NCBI GenBank assembly: GCA_902766175.1
Contig: CACXCJ010000055.1
Location: 1-44,020, forward strand
DNA: 44,020 nucleotides
Direction of reading: 5' to 3'
From: an uncultured Lachnospiraceae bacterium
GTDB taxonomy: Bacteria > Bacillota > Clostridia > Lachnospirales > Lachnospiraceae
In this document: piece after piece, positions 36,215-44,020 of the stretch
How the letters are laid out: each line of letters opens with the position of its first letter
How positions within the stretch are numbered: position 1 is the first letter of the stretch
The notes under the pieces: generated by a model
The model's database searches: none
What the model was told of the DNA's origin: nothing
What the model saw: the letters and a program-made list of their open reading frames with translations, nothing else
Made by a program: the position numbers and the translations under genes

Positions 36215-36270
36215 GTTCCATCAATCTTCTGATCCGTGAATCCATGCAGAGCGCAATATCGATTTATGAT

Positions 36271-36477
36271 TTACTGAACAGCGGTCACGTTGACAGCCTG
36301 CGGTCCTCTGTTGCCCTCAGCGATATCGAAAGTAACCTTCTGGCCATCCTCAAGGGTCTTGTAGCCCTCCGCGTTGATACCGGAGAAGTGAACGAAGATC
36401 TCGCTCTTGTCAGCATCGTCCGTGATGAATCCGTAACCCTTAGTTGCGTTGAACCACTTGACAGTTCCGTTATGCAT
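36271..36477 (-). CDS. Cold-shock protein (CspA family)
   Basis: GTVKWFN..KGYGFI (RNP1), IFVHFS (RNP2); 68 aa; SD GGAGG. Confidence 0.97.
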   Translation of the reverse strand: MHNGTVKWFNATKGYGFITDDADKSEIFVHFSGINAEGYKTLEDGQKVTFDIAEGNRGPQAVNVTAVQ

Positions 36478-36609
36478 TTTATATGCCTCCATAATAAAAA
36501 AGAATCTGAATCTCCGGAAAAAAAACGACGCATTCCGACAAGTCATGGATGGAACCGCAGGACTCGTCGTTATGCGACTTCATTTCCTTTCCATTCGAAC
36601 CACGATGCA

Positions 36610-36638
36610 AGTATAACAGAGCATATTTTTCGTGTCAA
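36610..36638 (-). promoter_or_regulatory. csp promoter giving a 5'UTR of about 125 nt
   Basis: TTGACA-17 nt-TATACT with extended TG. Confidence 0.8.
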
Positions 36639-36776
36639 TGGAAAATACGTGAATTTTTTCAGCTATTCTGCCCTGTTTTTCGGGCTGAATGTGTGTAAAA
36701 TTGTGCAGAACGATTATTCCAGTTGTAATAATTATGTAAAATGCGGACAGTTTGGCGGAGAGCCGGCTCCGCCCTG

Positions 36777-38129
36777 CTAGTCCATGCAGGTGCTGTAAAT
36801 CGTTACATGATCGTAGATGCAGCGCCAGGCGCTGTGTGCATCCGCGGTGACGCAGAAATACGGCGTGCCGCCGTCGGAAAGCGCAAAGCTCGCCGCGCAG
36901 TTTCCGGATTCCCTGACGTATCCGGTCTTCGCGCAGAGGACTGTCCCGTGCGTCTCCTTGTCCTCAATCCGCCGCAGAAACCAGTTTGAGAGGGAGATTC
37001 CCTCCGGGTGCTGTTCCGTAGGCGATGTCGTGTACTGATGCGCGGACAGGACCTCCCGGCAGAGCGGGTCCTCCACGGCGGCCTTCAGGATCATGGCCAT
37101 GTCCGATGGCGTCGTGTAGTGCTCCGGGTCGTAGAATCCGACGCAGTTCGTGAAATGGCTCGTCCCGGACAGGCCGAGCTCCGCGAGATTCTGATTCATG
37201 AGGTCCGCGAATGCCTCCTGCGAGCCAGACGTGTAGACCGCGAGACCCGCAGCGGCATCCGCCCCGGAAGGAAGGATGGTTCCGTAGAGAAGATCTCTCA
37301 CCGTGACCGTTTCTCCCACTGCGAAGCCGACGCTGCTGCCGCCGTTCTGATAGGCAAAGTCCGTGATTTCGATCGGGATCGTGAAGGAATCGTTGAGCGC
37401 GCTGTACGTCCCGTCCGCGTCCTGTCCCTTTTTCTCCAGCTCCTTCACCGCGGTGTAGAGTGTCAGAATCTTTGTCATGGACGCCGGTACAATCCGCGCG
37501 CTCTCGTTAAGACCGGCGGTGATTTCCCCCGTTGCGCCGTTGATCAGGACCGCATAATTACTCTGCATGTCCTGCGTCTGTGCGATTGTCTGCGTTGCAC
37601 TCGTTCGCCTCGGCGCATAGCCGGAGAAGAGCGCCGGAATCTGCTGCGCACCTGTCCCGGAGGAATCAGACGACGCGGGCGCTGTGGACGACGCGGATGT
37701 TGTGGAGGACGCGGACGATGCGGATGTTGCGGGGGCCGCCGTGCTCTCACCGGCCCCGCCTTCGTCCGCTCCGATTCCGGCAGAAGAGGTCTCTGCTCCC
37801 GCGGAAAGCGTCTCTCCCTTCCCGGAAGGCGCCCCCGCATCAGCATTTCCTTTTCCTGCCCCGCAGCGCACAAGGAACAGCACCGCGAGCAGGATCACGA
37901 CTGCCGCTGCCGTCCTGCGGATAAGCCGCTGCCGGCGCCGGCGCTTTCTTCTGCGCGCCCGGCGTCTTCTCCTGCGCGCGGCCTCTTCCGGCGTGCGCTC
38001 CCGCACGCTTTTCTGTCCCGCGTTTTCCGGTCCCGCGCTCTCCGGTCCTGTGCTCTCCGGTCCTGTGCTCTCCGGTCCTGTGCTTCCGCCGCCGGAGAGC
38101 GCGTCTGTTTTTCTCGTATTCTCATCCAT
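36777..38129 (-). CDS. D-alanyl-D-alanine carboxypeptidase (peptidase S11)
   Basis: PASMTK (SxxK), SGAD, FTNCVG, KTG; Arg-rich segment, TM anchor, S/T/A linker; start taken at ATG 38129. Confidence 0.88.
   Translation of the reverse strand: MDENTRKTDALSGGGSTGPESTGPESTGPESAGPENAGQKSVRERTPEEAARRRRRRARRRKRRRRQRLIRRTAAAVVILLAVLFLVRCGAGKGNADAGAPSGKGETLSAGAETSSAGIGADEGGAGESTAAPATSASSASSTTSASSTAPASSDSSGTGAQQIPALFSGYAPRRTSATQTIAQTQDMQSNYAVLINGATGEITAGLNESARIVPASMTKILTLYTAVKELEKKGQDADGTYSALNDSFTIPIEITDFAYQNGGSSVGFAVGETVTVRDLLYGTILPSGADAAAGLAVYTSGSQEAFADLMNQNLAELGLSGTSHFTNCVGFYDPEHYTTPSDMAMILKAAVEDPLCREVLSAHQYTTSPTEQHPEGISLSNWFLRRIEDKETHGTVLCAKTGYVRESGNCAASFALSDGGTPYFCVTADAHSAWRCIYDHVTIYSTCMD
38011..38085. 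repeat. 15-bp coding tandem repeat (STGPE-like), about 5 copies
   Basis: TCCGGTCCTGTGCTC near-exact x3 at 38041-38085 plus two degenerate copies. Confidence 0.85.
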
Positions 38130-38206
38130 GGGTGCTATCATACCACATAACTCCGCGCGGTTCCCTGCCGTCTCTCGGATTTTCCGCTGTCTTTTCCTTC
38201 TTCTCT

Positions 38207-39784
38207 TCAGGCCTTCGTCACCGCGTAGTCACTGAAGGAATCCAGAGCTCCCGCGCCGCTCATGTCCGCGGTGGCCGAGTAGGAATCTACTGTGACCGTG
38301 TACGGCGAATCGCCCTGTACATAGACAGTTCCGTCCGTCCCCTTGATCGTGACCTGCTTTCCGTCCGCGTCCGCAACCGTTCCCTCATTATAGAGCGCTG
38401 TCAGCGCACTGTCGCCGGTCACGGTCCAGGAGGAGGTGCTGTCGATATAGAGATTCGCATAACCGCTGCCGCCATTTCCCGCGTCGGACTCATCATCCAG
38501 AACGGCACCGGTGAGGGAGCTTCCGCTGGTCATGTAGAAGTCAAGCTTCGAAATGCTGTCCCAGATCACATCCCCCTCCATCTTCTGGGAGATGCCGGTA
38601 AAGGTCGTGTCCGCTCCGTTTGCGCCGCTCTCGCCCCAGCCTCGCGCATTGCTGTTTCCGGTCACGCGGAGGAAGAAGTCATTCTCCGGGGCGTAAGTGA
38701 TGTCGACATTCCGGAGTGTGAACGTGGATTCGGTGTTGGTCGAGTAAAACATGCCGCCGTTCTTCGCGGTGAGACTGCCGCCGTCCATCTCGAACGTGGA
38801 ATTGCCCTCCTCGGAATCCCCCGACATGGACTGGTAGAGGATCACGTTCCAGGTGAGGCCGTTGCCCTCGAGATCCGCCATGCTGCCGGTGAGAGCGCAG
38901 TCAAACAGGCGGACCTGGTTGTCTCCCTCGATGCAGACCGCCTCAGAGCCGTTCGCTGTGAGCGTCGCGCCGTTCACAGAGATATCCGCCGTGCTGTAGA
39001 CTGCCGGGGATCCGGAGCCGTTCGACGTATAGGTGCCGCCGTCCACCACCATTTTTCCGCCGCCCCGGTCAGAGCGGATTGCCGCGGAGCTCTCTCCCGC
39101 GGTCGTCACATCGCAGTCCCAGGCATAGAGCGTTCCGCCGCCTGCCGCGTGAAGACCTCCGGAGGTATCCTGCGATGTCTGAATTTTCGTGTTCTCCACG
39201 TACGCGGTACCGTCCCCGTAGGCAAAGACGCCCGCGCCGCCCTTCGCGTCCGAGGTAATGGTGGAATCCTTCACGACCGCCGTGCCGTCCGTCACGAGAA
39301 CTGCCGCGCCGACCCCGTAGAAGCTCGAGCTGTCGCCTCCGGAGGAGTCCGAGGAATCCCGCGTGACCGTGACGTTGTCAAGCTCTGCCTTTGCGCCGTT
39401 CTGGACGAGAACCGCATTTTCATCCGTCCCGTCCGAGGCGATGGTCTCCCCTGAGACGGTGGTGTCGGACGTGATGGTCCGCACCGCGTCGTAGCTCTCC
39501 GGCTTGGAGGAAGCGCCAGGCGCACCTCCGGGGCCGCCCTTTCCGTCCGGCGCCTCTCCCGGAGCGCCCGGACCGCCTTTTCCATCCGGTGCCCCTCCCG
39601 GACCGCCATTTTCAGGGCCGCCGGAAGCATTCCCTCCGGATTCCGATGCCGTATCCTCTGTCTCCGCCTGCGCCGCCGAAGAAGCGGACGAACTCTCTGC
39701 CGCCGCGCTCCCGGCGCACGCCGAAGTCATAACCGCCGCCGCGAGAAGAACCGCTGTCATGGCAGCCACACGTTTTTTTCTCAT
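38207..39784 (-). CDS. Secreted protein or lipoprotein of unknown function with Gly-Pro repeats and probable beta-helix
   Basis: Signal peptide with Cys (TSAC); GGPGGAPDGK repeats; recurring T.G..S.A / G.L.A strand-turn units; acidic. Confidence 0.75.
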   Translation of the reverse strand: MRKKRVAAMTAVLLAAAVMTSACAGSAAAESSSASSAAQAETEDTASESGGNASGGPENGGPGGAPDGKGGPGAPGEAPDGKGGPGGAPGASSKPESYDAVRTITSDTTVSGETIASDGTDENAVLVQNGAKAELDNVTVTRDSSDSSGGDSSSFYGVGAAVLVTDGTAVVKDSTITSDAKGGAGVFAYGDGTAYVENTKIQTSQDTSGGLHAAGGGTLYAWDCDVTTAGESSAAIRSDRGGGKMVVDGGTYTSNGSGSPAVYSTADISVNGATLTANGSEAVCIEGDNQVRLFDCALTGSMADLEGNGLTWNVILYQSMSGDSEEGNSTFEMDGGSLTAKNGGMFYSTNTESTFTLRNVDITYAPENDFFLRVTGNSNARGWGESGANGADTTFTGISQKMEGDVIWDSISKLDFYMTSGSSLTGAVLDDESDAGNGGSGYANLYIDSTSSWTVTGDSALTALYNEGTVADADGKQVTIKGTDGTVYVQGDSPYTVTVDSYSATADMSGAGALDSFSDYAVTKA

Positions 39785-39863
39785 ACAAACACCTCCTGCT
39801 GATCTATGCCCGACAGAGTCCCATGGCCGGAGCCATGCGCCCGTCTCTCAGGTTTCAGGCTGT

Positions 39864-39895
39864 ATGATAGGCGCGCAGTCTTAAGGGTTCCTGAA
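39864..39895 (-). promoter_or_regulatory. -10 box with 11-bp-period direct repeat (OmpR/PhoB-like box)
   Basis: TTCAGG-AACCC-TTAAGA, 9 nt, TATCAT; no good -35. Confidence 0.4.
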
Positions 39896-40046
39896 ATTCA
39901 GGGAAGAGAGCGTGTGTTTTATGTGAATTCCCGCGCAAAGGCGCCGCGATCCGCCATGTCCCGGGAATACGCCCGCAGAAAAATGCCCCGGCAGGCGCAG
40001 CATATACGCCTGCCGGAGCTTAAAGCATCCGGATTCCGCGTGTGCC

Positions 40047-41732
40047 TTATGCGAGCAGCGGCTTCACCGCGGCCGCAAGCGCATCCTTCTCGCTCTGTGC
40101 TTCCTCCAGGTTCTTCCCGAGCGTCGTGAAGTAGGTCTTGATCTTCGGCTCGGTGCCGGACGGACGAATCACGACCGTCGCGCCGTCGTCCAGGTGATAG
40201 GTCAGGACATTCGCCCTCGGAAGGCCTGTTTCCCCCGGCTTCTCGTAATCCACTGCGGCGATGACCTTCCTGTCCCCGAACTGCTTCGGCGGATTCTCGC
40301 GGAGAGAGGTCATGATTCCGCTCATCTTCTCCATGCCAGTAAGTCCCGGGAACTCGTAGGAATCCACCTTGTTCAGGTACCGGCCGTACTCCGCGTAGAT
40401 CTCCTCGAGGCGCTGCTTGATGGAGGAGCCGATGCTCCGGTAGTACGCCGCCATCTCGCAGATCAGCATGGAGCTCACCACCGCGTCCTTGTCGCGGACG
40501 TACGGTCCCGCAAGATAGCCGTAGCTCTCCTCGAAGCCGAAGATAAAGCGGTCCACTTCTCCCGCTTCCTCGAGCTTCGCGATCTGGTCGCCGATCCACT
40601 TGAAGCCGGTCAGCGTGCTGCGGAGCTCCACGCCGTAGTGCTTCGCGACCGCATCTGCGAGCGGGGTCGAGACGATTGACTTCACAGCGACGGGGTTCTT
40701 CGGCATGGTTCCCTTCTCGATTCTGCCGGCGCAGATGTAGTCGAGAAGCAGCACGCCCATCTCATTTCCGGTCACGAGCTCGTAGGAGCCGCCCGGGCAC
40801 TTCATGGCGATGCCGACGCGGTCCGCGTCCGGGTCCGTCGCAAGCATGAGATCCGCGCCGGTCTTCTCCGCGAGCCTGAGACCCCGTTCCAGCGCCGCAT
40901 AGATCTCAGGATTCGGGTAGGAGCAGGTAGAGAAGTAGCCGTTCGGATACTCCTGCTCCGGGACGATCGTGATGTCCGTGATGCCGATGTCCTTCAGGAC
41001 GCGCGTCACGGGAACCAGGCCGGTTCCGTTTAACGGCGAGTAGACGAGCTTTAATCCCGCGGTCTTCGCGAGACCCGGGCGCACCTGCCGGGACTCGATC
41101 GCCGCGTAGAGCGCTTCCTTGCAGTCGTTCCCGACGAACTGCACGAGCCCCTTCGAGACCGCCTCGGCAAAGCTCATGAAGGACGCGCCTGTGAGGACAT
41201 CCGTCTTCTGGATCGCGTCATAGACGACCGCGGCGGCATCGTCCGTCATCTGGCAGCCGTCCGGGCCGTAGGCCTTGTAGCCGTTGTACTGGGCGGGATT
41301 GTGCGATGCCGTGATCATGATGCCCGCGTTGCAGTGGTAGTAGCGCGTCGCGAAGGAGAGGGCCGGAACCGGCATCAGCTCGTCGTAGAGATAGACGTGA
41401 ATCCCGTTTGCCGCGAGTACAGACGCCGCGTCCCGCGCGAAGTTCCAGCCCTTCAGGCGGCTGTCATAGCTGATCGCGACGGACTGCGTTCCGCCCTGCG
41501 TCTTCACCCAGGCCGCGACGCCCTGCGTCGCCTGCCGCACCACCCAGATATTCATGCGGTTCGTGCCTGCGCCGAGTGTGCCGCGGAGCCCGGCTGTCCC
41601 GAATTTAAGCTTTACTGCGAAGCGCTCCCGGATGGCGTCATCGTCCCCCTCAATGTTCTGAAGCTCTCTTCCGAGGTCAAAATCCAAAAGGTCCGCGCTG
41701 CGCCAGCGCCGATACTCCTCCTGATACTCCAT
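40047..41732 (-). CDS. pgm: Phosphoglucomutase/phosphomannomutase
   Basis: FGTAGLRG, ITASHNP, DPDADR, FEESYG, RPSGTEPKIK; start ATG 41732. Confidence 0.94.
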   Translation of the reverse strand: MEYQEEYRRWRSADLLDFDLGRELQNIEGDDDAIRERFAVKLKFGTAGLRGTLGAGTNRMNIWVVRQATQGVAAWVKTQGGTQSVAISYDSRLKGWNFARDAASVLAANGIHVYLYDELMPVPALSFATRYYHCNAGIMITASHNPAQYNGYKAYGPDGCQMTDDAAAVVYDAIQKTDVLTGASFMSFAEAVSKGLVQFVGNDCKEALYAAIESRQVRPGLAKTAGLKLVYSPLNGTGLVPVTRVLKDIGITDITIVPEQEYPNGYFSTCSYPNPEIYAALERGLRLAEKTGADLMLATDPDADRVGIAMKCPGGSYELVTGNEMGVLLLDYICAGRIEKGTMPKNPVAVKSIVSTPLADAVAKHYGVELRSTLTGFKWIGDQIAKLEEAGEVDRFIFGFEESYGYLAGPYVRDKDAVVSSMLICEMAAYYRSIGSSIKQRLEEIYAEYGRYLNKVDSYEFPGLTGMEKMSGIMTSLRENPPKQFGDRKVIAAVDYEKPGETGLPRANVLTYHLDDGATVVIRPSGTEPKIKTYFTTLGKNLEEAQSEKDALAAAVKPLLA

Positions 41733-41830
41733 CTGTTCTCCCGCCTTTCTCCTCACACTGCACATAATAAGATGAAACGCTCGTAATAATCCGGAGCCGG
41801 CTCCGGACAGCAACAAACTTCCCCAGATTC

Positions 41831-41859
41831 ATGATACCCGGCTCAATTTTCCGTGTCAA
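41831..41859 (-). promoter_or_regulatory. pgm promoter
   Basis: TTGACA-17 nt-TATCAT. Confidence 0.75.
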
Positions 41860-41876
41860 GAAAGAAGGCCGGGCGT

Positions 41877-41910
41877 AAAAAAAACGGCCCCCGGAAATTC
41901 CGGAAGCCGC
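41877..41910 (-). terminator. Terminator of rplJL
   Basis: Minus strand GCGGCTTCCGGA-ATT-TCCGGGGGCCGT followed by a T run. Confidence 0.8.
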
Positions 41911-41928
41911 ATTTTCTCAGAGCACTGA

Positions 41929-42303
41929 TTACTTGAGGGTGACCTTCGCCCCGACCTCTTCAAGGGACTTCTTCAGAGCCTCTGCATCCTCCTTGGAGAC
42001 GCCGGTCTTCACCATCTTCGGTGCGGAATCGACGAGGTCCTTCGCGTCCTTCAGGCCGAGGGAAGTAGCCTCACGGACAACCTTGATGACCTTGACCTTG
42101 TTCGGGCCGATCTCGGTGAGCTCGACATCAAACTCGGTCTTCTCTTCCTCTGCCGGAGCCGCTGCTGCCGGTCCTGCCATGACAACGCCTGCTGCTGCGG
42201 AAACGCCGAACTCCTCCTCGCATGCCTTGACCAGATCGTTGAGCTCGAGCACGGAGAGTTCCTTAATCGCATCGATGAATTCCTGAGTGGTTAACTTAGC
42301 CAT
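41929..42303 (-). CDS. rplL: 50S ribosomal protein L7/L12
   Basis: [47 protein letters not shown]. Confidence 0.98.
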   Translation of the reverse strand: MAKLTTQEFIDAIKELSVLELNDLVKACEEEFGVSAAAGVVMAGPAAAAPAEEEKTEFDVELTEIGPNKVKVIKVVREATSLGLKDAKDLVDSAPKMVKTGVSKEDAEALKKSLEEVGAKVTLK

Positions 42304-42392
42304 TTTATTCTCCTCCTGTGTCAGGTTATATTTCAACTTGTTTCAAGCTGCGCAGCGCCCGGAATCTCTGCCCCGGAGCTGCCTCTGCAGCA

Positions 42393-42941
42393 TTATGCCT
42401 GCGGTGCCGCAGCGGCATCCGCTGCTGGCGCTGCCTCTGCCGGCGCGCCCTCGCCCTTCTTCTCCGCGATCTGGTTCAGGACTCTTGCCAGGTTGCTGAT
42501 CGGGCTCTTCATGCTGCCGAACAGTCTTGCGAGAAGCTCCTCTCTGCCCGGGATCTGTGCGACCTGCGCCATACCCGCCGCATCATAGAGGGTTCCCTCG
42601 ACGACGCCGCCCTTGATCTCCAGTGCCGGTGCGGTCTTCGCGAACTTCGAAATGACGCGCGCCGGTGCGGTGGCATCCGTCTTGCTGACTGCGAGTGCGG
42701 TCGGTCCGTTCAGGAACTCGTCGAACTGCGCGAAGTCCGTATCCTTTGCGGCGATGCGGACCATGGTGTTCTTGTAGACCTTGTAGGAAATGCCTTCCTC
42801 TCTCAGCTGCTTTCTGAGCGCCGTATCCTGCTCCACCGTAAGTCCGCGGTAGTCGATGAGGACTGCGCTCTTTGCGCCGTCGAGAAGGTCGGAAATCTCT
42901 TTCACAACCGGCTGCTTCTCAGCGATCTTTGAATCTCTCAT
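42393..42941 (-). CDS. rplJ: 50S ribosomal protein L10
   Basis: DYRGLTV, LRKQLRE, KVYKNT, GPTALA, IKGG, IPGREELLA. Confidence 0.98.
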   Translation of the reverse strand: MRDSKIAEKQPVVKEISDLLDGAKSAVLIDYRGLTVEQDTALRKQLREEGISYKVYKNTMVRIAAKDTDFAQFDEFLNGPTALAVSKTDATAPARVISKFAKTAPALEIKGGVVEGTLYDAAGMAQVAQIPGREELLARLFGSMKSPISNLARVLNQIAEKKGEGAPAEAAPAADAAAAPQA

Positions 42942-43014
42942 GCCATATTCCTCCTTCTTCTGATATTTGAACAGCTCTGCCGGATTTCCGGCAGGAGGGA
43001 GTACTGTTCTGCAG

Positions 43015-43125
43015 AAAAAATCCCGCCTGCCAGAGGACAGACGGGATCAAACTTCACATGCGGTGAATGTTTCCCTCGGCAGGCGGTCTTCCCTTATGCC
43101 TCGCGGCACCTGCTGTCTTCGGCAA
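43015..43125 (-). ncRNA. L10 leader with attenuator terminator
   Basis: Minus strand CCGAAGACAGCAGGTG...TAA...CCTGCCGAGG core, then ATCCCGTCTGTC-CTCT-GGCAGGCGGGAT plus T run, upstream of rplJ. Confidence 0.88.
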
Positions 43126-43143
43126 AACAATACTGACTCATAA

Positions 43144-43172
43144 AAGCTAACACACTGCGCGGATTCTGTCAA
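43144..43172 (-). promoter_or_regulatory. rplJL promoter
   Basis: TTGACA-17 nt-TAGCTT with extended TG. Confidence 0.65.
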
Positions 43173-43185
43173 GCTCCGGCTCGGA

Positions 43186-43881
43186 TCAGCTGGAGATCTT
43201 CGCAGTGTTCAGACGCACGCCCGGGCCCATGGTGCTGGTCAGGATCGCGCTTCTCATGTATGCGCCCTTCAGCGTGGACGGGCGCGCCTTGTTCAGGGCG
43301 TCCAGCAGCGCCTGAAGGTTCTCGGTCAGCTGCTGCTCCGTGAAGGAGGCCTTTCCGACCGGAACGTGGACGATGTTGGTCTTGTCCAGGCGGTACTCAA
43401 CTTTACCGGCTTTGATCTCGGCGATTGCCTTGGTGAGATCCATGGTGACCGTGCCGGCCTTCGGGTTCGGCATGAGGCCCTTCGGTCCGAGGACACGGCC
43501 CAGGCGTCCGACAACGCCCATCATGTCCGGAGTCGCGACGACGACGTCGAAATCGAGCCATCCCTCGTTCTGGATCTTCGGAATCAGCTCCTGGCCGCCG
43601 ACGTAATCGGCTCCTGCCGCCTTTGCCTCATCCTCCTTCGGTCCCTTCGCGAATACGAGGATCCGGACCTTCTTGCCGGTTCCGTTTGGAAGGACAACAG
43701 CGCCGCGGATCTGCTGATCTGCGTGGCGGCTGTCGCAGCCCGTGCGGATGTGAAGCTCAATCGTCTCATCAAACTTGGCGGTTGCGGTCTTCTTGATGAC
43801 GGAAACCGCATCTGCCACATCATACAGCTGCGAGCGGTCGTACTGCTTTGCAGCCTCGGTATATCTCTTTCCGTGCTTCAT
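43186..43881 (-). CDS. rplA: 50S ribosomal protein L1
   Basis: [48 protein letters not shown]; start ATG 43881. Confidence 0.98.
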   Translation of the reverse strand: MKHGKRYTEAAKQYDRSQLYDVADAVSVIKKTATAKFDETIELHIRTGCDSRHADQQIRGAVVLPNGTGKKVRILVFAKGPKEDEAKAAGADYVGGQELIPKIQNEGWLDFDVVVATPDMMGVVGRLGRVLGPKGLMPNPKAGTVTMDLTKAIAEIKAGKVEYRLDKTNIVHVPVGKASFTEQQLTENLQALLDALNKARPSTLKGAYMRSAILTSTMGPGVRLNTAKISS

Positions 43882-43900
43882 CGTCTCTTCTCCTCCCGAC

Positions 43901-44020
43901 TCAATCCTCGACAACGATGCCCATGGAGCGCGCGGTTCCGGCTACCATGCTCATAGCTGCCTCGATGGAACCTGCGTTCAGGTCCGGCATCTTGGTCTCG
44001 GCGATCTCACGGATCTTATC
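43901..44020 (-). CDS. rplK: 50S ribosomal protein L11, 3' fragment cut by the window edge
   Basis: Manual translation [39 protein letters not shown]. Confidence 0.96.
   Translation of the reverse strand, partial: DKIREIAETKMPDLNAGSIEAAMSMVAGTARSMGIVVED

Overview
GC-rich Firmicute chromosome segment; gene content and lipoprotein style suggest Lachnospiraceae (inference). Almost all genes are on the minus strand. Housekeeping genes flank the window: dnaB, rplI and gdpP on the left; rpsR, ssb, rpsF, DUF951, a sirtuin, a GNAT, DUF2156, purC, a cold-shock protein, a DD-carboxypeptidase, pgm and rplL/J/A/K on the right, with S6:S18 and L10 leader RNAs. About 26 kb lies between rpsR and gdpP, which are usually near-neighbours in Firmicutes. 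Most of it is a sugar-acid catabolic island: DUF1537 four-carbon acid-sugar kinase, Fe-ADH, two paralogous non-DapA DHDPS-family aldolases, PdxA2, an amidohydrolase, an SDR, a VOC protein, all three tripartite transporter classes (DctPQM, TTT, TAXI) and two PrpR-like regulators lacking GAFTGA. Best candidate new system (inference): a 3-deoxy-heptulosaric-acid (Dha-type) pathway running aldolase, semialdehyde reductase, threonate kinase, PdxA2. It may be controlled by sigma54-independent bEBP-like proteins binding a TGTTTCA-N3-TGAAACA-like palindrome that sits at identical spacing upstream of two similar sigma70 promoters. No rRNA, tRNA, CRISPR array, integrase or transposase was seen. All calls are from motif recognition by eye; no searches were run.
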